DNA of 64,000 nucleotides from the human T2T-CHM13v2.0 reference genome, Homo sapiens (GCF_009914755.1 NC_060930.1), one strand, 5' to 3'; shown: positions 1 to 14,170, counted from the stretch's first letter. The notes: generated by a model from the sequence alone, not told the origin. A program made the numbers and translations.

Positions 1-79
1 ATATTTAAATCCAAATACTTTTGAGGTAGGAAAAACACGAATAGAAAAGATAAGGAAACACAGGCAGATGCAGATAAAT

Positions 80-134
80 ATGAAAGCTTGATCTATAATG
101 AATGCCTGAATGAAAGCTTGATCTATAATGAATG
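80..134. repeat. 25-bp exact direct repeat (period 30)
   Basis: atgaaagcttgatctataatgaatg at 80-104 and 110-134. Confidence 0.95.
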
Positions 135-329
135 TAGTATTAGAGTCTCCTGAGAAAAAAGATACATTATTTAGGAAATAGTACAAGATAATTGTTTATC
201 CATAAACATACACAAACAATTTTACATAGATTAAAACATTAATTGTGCAAAGAAATATGTAAAAATTTTAAGTAGAAAATATTTGTCACGTTTTATAAAA
301 CTGGAGTAGGAGATTCTTTCTTTGGAAAA

Positions 330-1130
330 TATAAAATGCAAAAAACGTAAATGAAAATTTGACATATTTGACACCACTAAAATTAAGAAGAGTTGTTCAG
401 CAGTGTACCTCATAAAAATAGTGAAAGCACAAATCATGTCCATACAAATTTCCCATGTAGTCAGCCAACAATGTGTTAGTATCTAGAATATGTAAAGATG
501 CATTCCAAAATAATAAAAATACACAAATATACTAATAGAAAAATAACCACAACAAACAAAACAAAAATGGAAAATGAACTTGTGGAAAATGTGCTTAACT
601 CATTTGTTTTCATTTAAATGCAAATACAAATTACAGTATGTGAAACTTTACACCCACTAACTAGACTGGCAAAAGTTTAATAAATTGAAAATAGCTCAGA
701 AGTTTTTATTTCTTGTTGAGAACATGAACTCGTACAACTACTGCAATTCAGTAGTCTCATTCCTAGATCTACACCCCGGTGGATCTCCCAAGTACACCCG
801 GGAAACATCCACAAGAATGTTTAAAGCAGCAGTGTGTGTAGCAACAAATTCCTGGAGACGAGAAAACTGAAGGAAGAATCCCTCACAATGAATCTCCAAA
901 GCAAACTACTGAGTGAATAAAGCAAGATGCACAGGAGTACTTAGCATGTGATTCTATAAATAAACTATCCCAAAAGATGCAAGACAAGACCTAGTCATAT
1001 TTAGGAATACATATGTACGTGGTAAAACCATGAAGAATATCAAAGGAAGGGTCAATCTGAAATGTGGTTCAATGTGTACATCTGGACAGAAGAGGGAAAT
1101 TGTGTTAATAACATTCTCTTCATTCCCTGA
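330..1130 (+). mobile_element. Ancient L1M (L1ME-like) 3' fragment
   Basis: Degenerate L1 3' motifs: gtatctagaatatgtaaaga, aaatgcaaatacaaattacag, acacccactaactagactggcaaaa, atgtacgtggtaaaaccatgaag. Confidence 0.6.
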
Positions 1131-2444
1131 AGTCACTAAAAGCTGCTAACTTTGTCATTTTAATTTGTGCATGTAGGTTAACTATACTCTTTGGTATGAA
1201 TGATGTATTTTTATAATGAACACCTATAGAATATTATAGAATAAACTAGAAAAATGGTAAATAAAGAGCATCTTCCTACAAATAATTAAGCTTAAAGGTT
1301 TGATACCCAAATAAAGTTTCATCTCAAATAAAACTTCTCTACAATACAATGATTCATTTACAACCTACCAATACAGCTTAAGACCATCACTTCTCACCTC
1401 CATGGCCAGGCACACACACATACATGTGGTCACTAACAATTTTTGATAGCTGAGGGCTTTGATGTGGCATTCAGCTTCTAGATTTTACATAGTGTAGGGT
1501 AAAAAAGAAGAAAAACAAATACCACCACATACCATTTGTAATTCTTTGTTTTTCAGAGTCACGTTGGAAAATGTGCTGTATCCATTAACCTTTTTGCAAA
1601 GAGCAGGAGGAAAGCTAGTTAACATTTGACAGCTTCGCAGAGTCTATTGACTTCTAATGAAAAATATACTGCTACCTCTATTTTCTGTATACTTGTCAGT
1701 TGCAGAGCATTTGTTACAAGAAGAGCCATTACCATTACTGTGTTTTACTTCTCCAATCCCCCATATTCTGCCCGTAAATATAAATTGAGGGTGATCTTAA
1801 CTTATTACCATATTAATTTTAATTTTCTCATTCAGTAATCCCATATTAACCATTTGCTTGTTAATGGTTTATTCTGTACATAATAAATGAATTTTACAGT
1901 TCTTGTAAATAGTACTTGATAGTGACTCTCTAGGATAGCTCAGAGTTAACTATCCTGCCTTTAAACACTAAGCAAGAAAAGGCTAATAGAAACAACAGTC
2001 TTCTCTGGCCTTGTATCCAGCATGTTGTCATAATCACAGAATGATTAAAAATGATGATGGTATTATAAAATATTTGTGCAAGGGAGAACAAAGATGCAGG
2101 TGAATAATAATAACATGGTAGTAGAGTCCCAGAAAGAAAAAGGTGAGAAGTTTCCAGTCTAAAATGTAATCAATCAGTAAGTGGATGACTTCCCTGGCAT
2201 ATAATTGATAGCCTGGGATTTCAATCAGTAATTTTCTATTACATAAGCCTTTTATTTCTGTGAGGTAATTCAAAACTCCCCAGAGTTGATGGTCAATCCT
2301 TACAAATGCAGGCAATAGAGCATATACCCTTTTCCATCTTTTAAAGCTATCTGTACCCATATCATCCTTAACGTTTAATTTTGGAACTGATGCAATTATT
2401 AGCATGACTCTAACTTCAAGTAACAGCCTTTGTTAGCTGTGCTA

Positions 2445-2447
<3 letters not shown>

Positions 2448-2480
<33 letters not shown>
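2448..2480. repeat. (CA)16 microsatellite
   Basis: Uninterrupted CA run. Confidence 0.98.
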
Positions 2481-2482
<2 letters not shown>

Positions 2483-2519
2483 CACAGTAATAGGTTCTGA
2501 AATCAATTCCCAAGGCTAG

Positions 2520-3003
2520 CTAAATCTGTAGCTGAATACTCTCAGTGAAGACCCAGATTTATCTCTGTCTCTTCACTCTGCCTTCCTTAGTATCTTGACA
2601 TTTGTTCTCATCCTGTTACCTCCTCGTCCTGAGGAACCTACATGCCGTGGTCTCAGACAATAATTTCTAAACAATTGAGAGGCAAGTGGTGAGTTCATTC
2701 TTTCTGCATCTTTCTTAGAACAAAAAAACAAAAACACACAAATAAACCTACTTCCTAAAAATGATTCCTCTCATCCCCCCACCCACAGAATCTTATATCT
2801 CATTAGTTAAAATTGTGTCACACCGATTCCTACATCAATCACCAGCAAGATGAATCGATTGACTTAGACTAAATATGATTTACTCCTCATCTTGCTATCA
2901 GCTGGGCAGGTATGCAATCTTTACTGAAAAGCAGGATGATTTGATATAGTAACAAACTCAGCATCCTGTGGGCAGACAGCTAATAGGCAAACAAGCGTGC
3001 CAC
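2520..3003 (-). mobile_element. Old MaLR/ERVL LTR (MLT1K/L or LTR33-like)
   Basis: atctcattagttaaaattgtgtcacaccgattcctacatcaatcacc resembles the old MLT1 motif tctcattggccagaactgggtcacatg..ccaatcac. Confidence 0.4.
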
Positions 3004-5344
3004 AAAAATGGAAAAGTCTTCTAGAACTTTCTATGCAGTGCCTTTGCCTAAATCTCAGGCCTAAATGATCTCTGTCCATTTGACTATTATATCTATCTTT
3101 TTCTTAATAATGCACAGGAGAAGTCATTATAATATTTCGGTACTCTATTTTGAAGTCTCTTAATACATCAGTAAAATAACTTTTTTCTTCTAGTATCTCC
3201 TATTTCTACTTAAGCAGTAGAATATTTTATATTGTAGGTTATTTGTAAAATATCAAAACAAAAGGAAGGAGCCAATTCTTAGACATTTTATAATATCTCT
3301 CAAGGAAGATATTTAGACTTCTGAATGACGGGAGAATAAAAGGCAGAGGAAACAAACACACTTTAAAAAAATACTCACCTTTTAGTGCAAGAGGGATACA
3401 ATAAGAAATCCAGGAAAAAAGACAGAACAGAAATTTGACTTTTATCTATTCATTCTTCTTACCTTATCATGTTTTCAAGTGGAAATATATACTATAATGT
3501 TATAGTGGGAGTTAACGGTAGAGAAAATGTATGATAAAGAACTTGCTAAGTTTTTAGAAATAGATTTTCTGTTTTTGCATGCCATTTTTTAGGAACCCAT
3601 TAAGTCTCTAAGTGACTCAAATATATATAGAAAGAAAAAGAAAAAATGGGGAAATCCAGAGAAAGCAAACTTAACAATTGGGAGGTATCTGGTGCATGTC
3701 AGGTACAGGACTAGAATTTTTACCCGCTTTCTGGCATGAGAGACTTGAAAAATACACACGATAACTACCATTTTTGAGATGGAGAAACTTAAATTATGTG
3801 GGTTGCCCTCTTGCTGACAGGAGGCATGTGTAACAGAATTGAGGATAAAATGTCTCTCTGACCACACAGTCCATACCAGACATAGGACACAGGGGTCCTA
3901 GCCATTTGCCTCAGCCTGCCACATTACTAAAACACTCAGGGGAAAATGAGATGAAACAAGTAAAAATACTTAGAAATACTATATTTAGGGTCTAAAAAAA
4001 TTGGTTAAGTCTATGCATTAAGTAATGAAAATAATGATGAGGTGAAAAATGTCAAAGTGTTCTTTCAAAGTGGCCTTTATGTAGAGCACGTGGAATCCCA
4101 TTTCTATTCTCTCTAATTGCTGGAAACAAATAATGTGAAAGCCAGAGGCAAGTATATGTCTTTAGTACCAAAGTGAGATGTAGACAACTTCCGCTTTTTG
4201 GAAAATATTCTTTTTTATGTGTCTACAGTTATAAAATGTACACTTTTAAAATAGAACATATGCTTTTTGACCCCATTTCAAATAAGAAAATTGAAAATCG
4301 TGGGAAGGTCTACATTGCAAGATAGACTGTTGAGACGGAGTGATGGGGAGGGTTGTCAGGGGAGGGGAGCAGTGGTGATGATGATGGAAAAACACCTTGT
4401 AGGGCAGCTGCATCAGGCACTATTCCCACATGTTTCACATTGTATGTAGCTCAGTGTCTGAGTGCAGGCTGTGCACCACACCACACAGTGAGAAGTATGA
4501 AACTGAGTACCAATGAAAAAGGATTTTATCGCAGTGTTTCACAATTGCCAAAACACCTATGCAACAAAATGCTCCCTGTTCAAAAAATGATATCTGCCTG
4601 TGCTTGTGGTTCTTAGGTTCACAGAGTTTGCCAGCCCAATGGATATTACTGTAAAAAATGTGTTCATGATGTAAATATTAAAAACAATTTAGAATATTAT
4701 AATGTAGATTATTGAAGGGAAAAACAAATGCAGGAATTAGGATTCATTCATTTTATGACACAATTTTGTTTTCTTCATTTCTGATTTTACTAGTCATGGA
4801 AATAGACTGATTTTTGAAGCTTTTAAATTCATGCAAAACAATTTTCAATGTGTAGAATTTTAGTCAGGGCTAAAAATAAACATTACCTGGAAAAAACACG
4901 TTTTTAACAAGATCATGTTAAATAAAAGCACTAGGCTCTTGGTCATTAAAAGTTTTCCTTCATAAGTTTTAAATTCTAATAGACCAATGCAGAAAATGAA
5001 GATCATTTTTATGGCCCATAATTAAACTGGCTAAACTAAAACTTTCTTACCTGTGAACTTGCTGCCTCCATGAAAGAGATTAAAGCATGTCCTCTATGTC
5101 CAAGGAGAACACATCATCAGGAGTGCAGCTGTTGTACTTTATTTTCTTTGTGGTTCTTCACTTCAAGGTTATCATATGTAGAGGAAGTATTAGAGGAAGA
5201 ACAGAGTTAGAAGAATTCTTTCTGGGATTCATTGTCCTTTATCTGAAATATCTATCATTACATTACTTCAGCTAGAAAGTGTCAGAACCAATTCCTGTGA
5301 GACAATTTCTCTGTACCATTTCCATGGCCTTGAGCACTTTAACC

Positions 5345-5419
5345 TTGATTTTGTAGACTTGTGTGCATATCACTTCTAGAATGTACATTTCACTGGAGGG
5401 CAGGGTCCTTATTTGTTTG
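5345..5419 (+). mobile_element. L2 3'-end fragment
   Basis: ctagaatgtacatttcactggagggcagggtcc matches the L2 3' motif ctagactgt..gagggcagggac. Confidence 0.45.
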
Positions 5420-5930
5420 ATTCATTCAAGAAATATTTATTGAGCATGTGACTGATGTCATAGAAACATAAAGATGGATAAGACAAACCATTGGTAGTTG
5501 AGGGAAGACATAAGAAAGCCAATAATGATAATACCAGGAGAGAAACAGACAAGAGTAGTATTTCAAAAACATAAATTCAGTCATAGCAGAAATCAGATGG
5601 GCCAATGCAGAACAGATAGTTGCAACTGTGCTTAGGGGTTAGAGAAGCTGTCACAGAGGCAGTTGCATTTAGCATGAGTCTTAGAGATAAGCATCCATGG
5701 AGGAAAAGCTTTTTTGAAATAAACAGCGTTGGTGAAGGTGCTACATCACGAAAACCAGGACATGCCTAAAGAAGTTACAGAAATTCACTACATCCATAAA
5801 GTAGGATGTGCAATGTTAGAAAGTTTACACTTTATCCCAAACCTATTAAAAAATGTTTGTCTGTGACAAAATCAAATTTCCTTGCTAAGAGGACCAATCC
5901 TGTGGTCAGTCCTGTAGCAACTATGAGATG
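5420..5930 (-). mobile_element. L2 3' end
   Basis: attcattcaagaaatatttattgagc is the reverse complement of the L2 terminus; L2-like body follows. Confidence 0.65.
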
Positions 5931-5944
5931 TGTGAGGTCCATCA

Positions 5945-6480
5945 GATTGAATTAGGGCACGTCTGGTGGCAAGTAACAGAAAATCAACCTCAGCTCATTT
6001 ATAGCCTAAAGATGTCTAACTGGCTCATATCTAGTTTCAAGGTGAAATCCCTGTATGTGTTCTGTCAGAGCTTGGACTCCATTTCTCTGTGGATCCTTAC
6101 TCTGAACTCCTTCATGAGTTGATTTTCCTTGGGCTATTTCCCCTTATGGTACAAAATGGCTGCCACCAATAACTGGGATTATATTTTTGCTCTTTCACAT
6201 TTGAAGAGGAGTATTTTTTTCCCACCACGATTAAACAATACATCTAAGTTTTATTAGCCTAACTTGAACACTGCAGCATGAGGAATGAGATTATGCACAT
6301 TAGTTTACGCCGATCAGAGCCAATATATAGAGCTGGGAATTACATTGACCTGAACTACTGGGGAGAGAGACACAATGGTGGAAACTTGGTTTCCAAAAGG
6401 ACATTATGAAACTTGTTAAAAAGAAGAGACAGGGGTGGGAAGTGAACTGGAAGTAAGAATGGCTGCTGGAAGGAAACCAG
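5945..6480 (-). mobile_element. Old MLT1 LTR (J/K/L-like) inserted in L2
   Basis: ggcaagtaacagaaaatcaacctcagct start; aaaatggctgcc motif; interrupts L2. Confidence 0.5.
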
Positions 6481-8710
6481 CAAATGTACATAAAAGAATA
6501 TACTCTTTTCATGGTCCAGGCCAGAAATGACAAGAACCTGAATTTATATATTGGAAATGGAAGTAGAGAGCAGTGTATGGTTTTGAGAAGGTGTCAATGG
6601 ATTGAATCTGACAGATGTCTAAAAGGCAAAAATGAAGAATGGCTCCAAGCTTTGTGGTTTGGGTAAATGGAAACATGGTAGTGGTAACCAAAATACAGAA
6701 AATAGAAGGAGGATTAAATCTCATAAAACGAGAAAATGGTACGATTATGAGTTATTTGGAATATATTGAATTTAATGTGCTTGTTTGAGTCCAAATTGGC
6801 ATGCTTAGTCAGTAATTAAACAGATGGATGTGGATTTCTGCATACAGATCTTGACTGAAGACAAAGAAATGGGTAAAGGCAGAGATTAATGGTAATTTAA
6901 ACAAAGATAGTAAGTGAGAAGAACAGGGATAGATTTGTTGAGTGAAGTAGAAAAGAGGCAAATACAGAACTCTGATAATGATAAAATTAAGAGAATTATT
7001 GAATAAGACTAAAAGAGCACTGTAGAGTAAGAAGGAAATATATTTAAAGGAGAAGCAGTAGAGTATATGGGATGTTAATGTGAAGTGGTGAGAAAGTCCC
7101 CTTTTACAGAGCCAGAGAGAAAGTGGTCACCTACATATTACATAGTTTAACATAATAGGTGTTATTGTAAAGCATGTCTAGGGAAAAGTTGAGTTATTTT
7201 GTACAAAATAATAAGAAAACTCTCTGAGGAGGAAGTGTTTGGCATGAAACCTAACTAAAGAAAATAAGGAGACATTGGAAATTGAGGTGTTTGTGTGTTG
7301 GGGAGGGATCAGGCAGTCAGAGAAGCAAGTGAGTTGAAGTTGAAATGAGTACAAAATGGCAAGATGGCTAAGATAGCTGGAGCAAGGTTGAAAATACTTT
7401 TGGAGAGACAGGTATAAATCAGAACAATGAGGGAGTTACAGGCCATGGAATTTAGACAGTAGACTTTACTCAAATTGTAATATGAGGCTGTTGAAACAAT
7501 TTGAGCAGAAAAGTGTCATGACTTGATTTATATTGTCAAAAGAATGTCCTGGGCTCCACCTGGAGGAAAGTCTACAAGGGGTGGAGGAAAAAGGATGACT
7601 ATTTAGCCATCTATTGCAGGAATACAGGTGAGGATGATGATGGGATGACCTAGGATGTTTGTAGTAAAGACAGAAGAAGTATCTGTGTTCAGAATCTATT
7701 CCAAAGATGGCAAAGTTTAAAGCACTTGCTGATGTGGAGTGGAGAGAGGGAAGAGTGAAGGCTGCTTGTAGTGTTGGTCTAGATGTGGAACATTGAGACA
7801 AGAGCTGGTTGGAAGATGGTGGGGAAGAACATGTCCTTTGGCCAAGATAAATTTTCTATGTTTTGTAAACATCCAAGTGAAGTTATTGAGTAGGCAATGT
7901 GATAACATAAACGTGGAAATAAGGGGTAGAGACAAAGAGAATCCTGAATTAGGTCATTCAGTGAGTGAGTGTGGTTAGAAAAGAGAAGACTAAGACTAAG
8001 GCCTGCAGAATTCATATTTAGAGTTTTAGAAGGTAAGCAAGATCCCAAAAAGGAGACTGAAAAGCAGTTATCTTTTCAGCAGGAGGAAAATCATGAGAGT
8101 TTGCCATTCACGTGGTCAAATGGAGACAGTGATTCAAGTAACAGGAAATATCTATTTTAAACACTGCCAAAGCTCAAAAGAAAAAAAAGGATGATCTAGA
8201 AGTGTTTATTAATTCTGAAGAATCCAGCAAGAAAATTTCAGTTGGTTGTTGGGAATAAAAGATTAGGTGGAGAAGATTATGAAAAAATGGGAGTTAAGGA
8301 GTTGAAGATAACAGATACAGAAATATTTTTGATAACTTTTTCTACAAAGGAGAACATGAAAAATGGGAGATGTAGTGGAAAAATGCCATGAGGTCAAAGG
8401 AGTGTCTCTTATTTATTAATATTTTTAAAGCACAAGAGATAGCAGAGTGTGCTTGTGTGCTAATGGAAATTTTCTTGTGGAGAAGAATAAATTAATATGC
8501 AACTTCAAAGTCTTTGAGTGGACAAGAAAGAAGATGTCAGCCATAGGCGGAGGGGCTGGCTTAATTGTTGATTTAGTTGTTGGGACCATTCACCCACTTG
8601 AAAAGGAAGGAAAACAACATGTAGACATAAAAATTATCTAATTGCTTCTTACCCATTCCCTCTCAGGGGAAGCAAAATCAAGGATATTAGTTGAGAGTAA
8701 AAAATTATTT
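6480..8710 (-). mobile_element. L2 fragments (probably two copies)
   Basis: Purine-rich antisense L2 body: gtccaggccagaaatgac, ggctgttgaaacaatttgagcagaaaagtgtcatgacttgatttata, acatccaagtgaagttattgagtaggca. Confidence 0.7.
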
Positions 8711-10289
8711 TGGAAGGTAACAGATTTTGTAATCAGTTAGAGATGATGGCATTGATGTTTTTGTTGAAGTTTGCAACTGGCAAAAATGATTGTTGGAGAC
8801 AAACTTAGATAAGATGCCAAGACCAGAGTTATAAATGTGACTGAATTAAAAAAAAAATTAAAAACCATAATATAGTATATGTAACAGTATTTTTGTTAGT
8901 CTCCTGTGTGATCACTATGCTTCTTGTTCTCTTTTTATGTTTTCTCATATATCTTTGCTTTTTAATGTTTGAATTATCATCTCTGGTAGAACATTAATTT
9001 AAAAAAGGAAAACACTGTAAAGGTCAAAGCACTTCATTTTCCTGAGAAATTTCTGGAGAAATATTTGTCTGGGGAGATGACTCCCAGAGAATATTGTCCC
9101 CTGGAAGGATTTGTGGATACAATTTATCCATGCTAACTTTGTCTACTTTAAAAATAGGTAATCAAAAGTTGTTTGTATCCCTTTCTTGTTGTGGATATTC
9201 AGTAAGAATAAAAGGAAACAGTAGCCAACACTCCCCTGTGATTAAGCCATCTCATTGAGAAAAGTCTGGGTATACTTTATTGTAAGTACACCTTTCTTCA
9301 CTGCACAATGAGTTTTTGATTTACTCCCCTGGGAAATTGTAGCTTTAGCAATTGCTCTTGCAGATTCTGTAGACTTGTACCATAACAATTTGGCTCTTCA
9401 CATTCTTTACCTTTGAAGATGTGGCATTTAGCCCAATCTAAGACTTCTGGTGAATATGACGAAAATGGCAGAATCCCTAATCTTGGATACAACACAAGCT
9501 GATTGCTGCTAAGTTTTCTAAGACACACTGACATGCTCTGAAAAGTATCTTGGAAAGGCAGATGTGTGTATATTTTCCTTACATTCTAATTGCAGAGTTA
9601 TATGTTAATGTATTTCCAATTTTAGTTTAGTACCAGTAGTTACATTAAAAATTATGAGTATTCATATTCTCACTGCTGAAGGGCCAAAAAAGAGCTCTTG
9701 TCTCTTTGCTGAATGACTTTTAAATGAGGGTACATAACTGTAAATTAGCTGCTCACAAGAAGGTGTTTCCAATTTCCAACTCATTCTTGAAGGACCATTA
9801 TGCCTATAGCATAGTACATTCTAAGTGAAATTTGACATGTGAAGAATAAATGACTATCTGCTTGTCAGATGGCATGTTTCTTTACATTTACTTTTTCCTT
9901 TCATGGTTTTCCGATAGTTTGGAGGTATTTTTTTAAGAGTATCTTCTTCTGAGGAATTAGAATTGTATTTTACTCTTTTAATTTGCTTATAGCTATACAG
10001 AGAAACCCTTAGTGCACCCAGATTTGTGCATCTGAGGAGAAGGATATGTCCTTTTTGTATATAGACTTCTTGTCAGAAGGTTTTCTCCTTGTTGGAAGGT
10101 TTTTAGAGTACAGAAAGGTGGTTAGAATTAGGTACCTCTACGTTTTTTTCAATTTTTAAAAAATAAAATAGGATAGTAGTATGAGAAATTTACATTTTTG
10201 AAGGGCTAGAATAATGATAACATCTCTAATTACACACACTTCTTCCCCACCAGCTCTTTTGTTAGTCTTCTATTTGCAGGGTTCCTCCA

Positions 10290-10960
10290 AGGTGCATTTT
10301 AAAGTAGTGATGAGTGTGCAAAACCCAGATTACAGAATGCTAGGGAGTGGATTGAGTATGAAAAAGTGGAGGCAGAGAGTATACACAAGTCTTTCAAGGG
10401 GCCTATCAGTAGAGGATTATGAAGCTAGAGAATAAATGAGGCAGGCTTGATGTTTATTTATGGGATTCATAGGTCCTTTTATCTATGACTTCACCATCTT
10501 TACTTGTGGCTAAAATGTTTCTAATACCTTATGAGAAGTTAAGCTACTTCTTCCTTTTCAAATATGGAATAGATTTGACCACATTTCTCTAGGAAGACAG
10601 CAGATAAGAGAAAGTTGATTATAATACAGGAGAGAGAAAATGATTAATAGAACAAAATACTTTTGAAGGCAGAAAGTGATGGATGGCCCAAGTTGGGGGA
10701 AAGACTTCTAATATAACAAGAAGAAAAATAGGCATGGGGGAGTGGGCACTAGATTCTTTAAAGTGGTAAGTTGTTTAAGGAAGTTAGGAACATGGTATCT
10801 GGTAAGTTTTTGTTTTCTCAGCTGAGTAGTAAGCAAGATAATCTGCTGAGAGTGAGGTAAGGAAGTGGTCTTCAGAGATTTGAGACTATTGCAAAAGGTT
10901 TGAAATAGTTGTTCTGATCAATGAGAAAGTGAGCTCATAAGAAACCAAAGATTATCAGGA
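10290..10960 (-). mobile_element. L2 internal fragments
   Basis: aaacccagattacag..gaaaaagtggaggcagagagtatacacaagtctttc; ttttctcagctgagtag..atctgctgagagtgagg. Confidence 0.5.
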
Positions 10961-10998
10961 TGTTTAAAAAATTTATGTGTCGTAAACACTATGCGATC

Positions 10999-13264
10999 TG
11001 TACTAGTCTGTCCTCATGCTGCTATAAATAACTGCCTGAGACTGGGTAATTTATAAAGAAAATAGGTTTAATTGACTCACAGTTCTGCACAGCTGGGGAG
11101 GCCTCAGGAAACTTACAATCATGGCAGAAGTCACCTCTTCACAGGGTGGCAGGACGGAGTGAATGCAAGCAGGGGAAATGCCAGATGCTCGTAAAACCAT
11201 CAGATCTTGTGATTGTCATGAGAACAGAATGGGGTAAACTACCCCCATGATTCATTTACCTCCACCTGGTCCCACCCTTGACATGTGGTAATTATAGGGA
11301 TTACAATTTAAGGAGAGATTTGGGTGAGGACACAGAACCAAACTGTATAATTCCATCCCGGATCCCTCCCAAATTTCATGTCTTCACATTTCAAAACACA
11401 ATCACGGCCTTTCAAAAGTCTCCCAAAGTCTTAACCCATTCCTGTGTTAACCCAAAAGTCCAGGTCCAAAGTCTCATCTAAGACAAGGCGAGTCCCTTCT
11501 GCCTGTGAGCCTGTAAAATCAGAAGCAAGTCAGTTACTTCCTATATACAATGGGGGTACAGGTATTGGGTAAATATACTTATTCCAAATGGGAGAAATTG
11601 GCCAAAAAAAGGGGCTACAGGCCCCACACAAGTCCAAATCCAATAGGGCAGTCATTAAACTCTAAAATTCCAAAATGATCTCTTTGACTCCAAGTCTCAC
11701 ATCTAGGTTATGCTGATACAAGAGGTATGCTCCCATGGCCTTGGACAGCTCTGCCCCTGTGGCTTTGCCGTGTACAGCCCCCTTCCCAGCTGCTTTCATG
11801 GACTGGCATTGAGTGTGTGCATTTTTTCCAGGCACATGGTACAAGCTGTTGGTGGATCTACCATTCTGGGGTCTGGAGAATGGTGGCTCTTCTCTTATAG
11901 CTCCACTAGGCAGTACCCCAGTGGGTACTCTGTCTGAGGGCTCCAACCCCACATTTCCCTTTCACACTGTCCTGGAAGATGTTTTCCACCAGGTCTCTGC
12001 CCCTGCAGCAAACTTCTGTCTGGACATCCAGGTGTTTCCATACATCCTCCGAAATCTAGGCAGAGGTTCCTCAACTTCAATTTTGACTTCTGTGCACCTG
12101 AGGCCCAATACCACATGTAAGGCACCAAGGCTTGAGGCTTGCACCCTCTGAAGCAATGTCCCAAGCCATATCTTGGCCTCTTTTAGCCACAGCTAGTGCT
12201 GAAGCAGCTGGGAAGCAGGGTACCATGTCCAGAGGCTGCATAGAGCAGGAGGTCTCTGGGCCCAGCCCAATAAACCATTTTTCCCTCCTAGGCTTCCAGA
12301 CCTATCATGGGCTTCCAGGAAGTTCTCTAACATGTCTTGGATACAGTTTCTGCAGCGGGCTTGAATTTCTCCTCAGGAAATAAATTTTTGTTTTCTATGC
12401 AATGTCAGGCTGCAAATTTTTTCAAAGTTTTATGCTCTGCTTCCTCATGAATGCTCTGTCTCTTAGAATTTTTTTTCTGACTGATACCCTAAAACATCTC
12501 TCTCAAGTTCAAAGTTCTACAGTTCTCCAGGGGAAGGACAAAGTGCCACCAGTCTCTTTGCTAAAGCATAGCAACAGTGACCTTTACTCCAGTTCCCAAC
12601 AAGTTCCTCATCTCCATCTGAGACCACCTCAGCCTGGACTTCATTGTCCATATCACTATGAGCATTTTGGTCAAAGCCATTCAACAGGTCTCTAGGCAGT
12701 TCCAATCTTTCCCACATCTTCCTGTCTTAGGAGCCCTCCAAGTCTCTAGGAATTTCCAAACTTTGCCACATTTTCCTGTGTTCTTCTGAGCCCTCTAATC
12801 TGTTCCAACTTCTTCATGTTACCCAGTTGCAAAGTTGCATCCACATTTTTCGATAAGTTTACAGCAGTGCCCTGCTACATCAGTACCAATTTGCTGTACT
12901 AGTCCTTCCTCATGCAACTATTAACATAAAGAACTGCTTGAGACTGGATAATTTATAAAGAACAGAGGTTTAATTGACTTACAGTTCTGCCTGGCTGGGG
13001 AGGCCTCAGGAAACTTACAATCCTGGCAGAAGGCACCTCTTCACAGGGTGGCAGGAGAAAGAATGAGTGCAAGCAGGGGAAACGCCAGATGCTTATAAAT
13101 TCATCAGATCTCCTGAGACTCACTCATTATAACAAGAACAACATGGGGTAAACTGCCCCCATGATTCAATTACCTCTACCTGGTCCTGCCCTTGACACAT
13201 GGGGATTATGGGGATTACAATTTAAGGTGAGATTTGTGTGGGGATTCAGAGCCAAACCATATCA
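10999..13264 (-). mobile_element. Complete THE1 (THE1C/D-like) MaLR: LTR 10999-11350, internal 11351-12894, LTR 12895-13264
   Basis: Two colinear LTRs (tgtactagtc...accatatca) sharing private variants (tgtaCtag, ttacaattTaagg, ggggTaaact); THE1-int between them; degenerate 5-bp TSD cgatc/tggtc. Confidence 0.95.
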
Positions 13265-13634
13265 TGGTCTATTGAAGTTTGATTAAAAATTTCTGTTTTT
13301 GATGCTCAAAATCTTAGTATTGAACCAATGACTTCCAAACATGCCTATAATATTTAAGTGTGCAGCTTCCTGTACCTACCTCAGGCCCAGTGTATAAGAT
13401 CCTGGAAATCTGTATTTATTATTCCCATAGTGACTATATTATTAGGAAAGTCTTAGAAACACTAGGTAAACCAGACATTCAAAGAGCTTGGTATTCAGAT
13501 TATGACAATTCAACCTTTGATACAAAATATTTAGGCATCATGCTATCAGCCCATAGCAATAGACATTATAATACAAACTTTCAGGAAAAAAATTTATGTG
13601 TGTCTATGTATATATTATTGAATATATTTTTAAG

Positions 13635-14170
13635 TTGTCACGTCAATTATATTACCTTAAAAATTCAAAAATTAAGTGCATAAGACAACGCTTATTTTAT
13701 TATATTTACTGATCCTCTGGGTCAAAAATTTAAATATTGCACAATGATACTTCTCTCCTTTTCATAATAACTTGTACTACAACTGTGAAGACCTAAATAA
13801 TTGGAGTGATTCAAAAAGCTGAGAGCTAGAAAGATCTGGAGGCTTCTTTTCACATATTTGTGTTGCCTGGTTTTATGTGACTTAAAGAATGAGCTCAGCT
13901 GGAGTTATTGGCCAGAATGCCCCATGTGAAAAATTTGCCATGTGGCTTGGTGTTCCTCATAGCATGGTTGTCTCAGGGTAGTCATGTTTCATATGATGGC
14001 TCAGGGCTCCAAGAGGGAGCATTCCAGTGAATAAAGTGTAGTTTTCGTGTGCTTTCCTAATATAGCTTTAAGAATCATGCGTGACTATCTCTGTCACATG
14101 CTATTAGATGTAGTAATTTACTAAGACCAGGCCATACTCAATGTTAGGAGAATTAGACCTGACCTCTTAC
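13635..14170 (-). mobile_element. MLT1H/G-like LTR
   Basis: ccatgtggcttggtgttcctcatagcatggttgtctcagggtagtc..tggctcagggctccaagag..ctgtcacatgctatt. Confidence 0.65.

Noticed and set aside
5345-5500. Tail-to-tail L2 pair, the geometry that gave miR-28/miR-151
   Set aside because: The + copy lacks the terminal segment, and pairing is too weak for a pre-miRNA hairpin.
9059-9096. Imperfect hairpin aatatttgtctggggag/ctcccagagaatatt
   Set aside because: Short and bulged; expected by chance.
12689-12800. ~55-bp tandem duplication in THE1-int
   Set aside because: I recall it as a feature of THE1C/D internal consensus rather than locus-specific.
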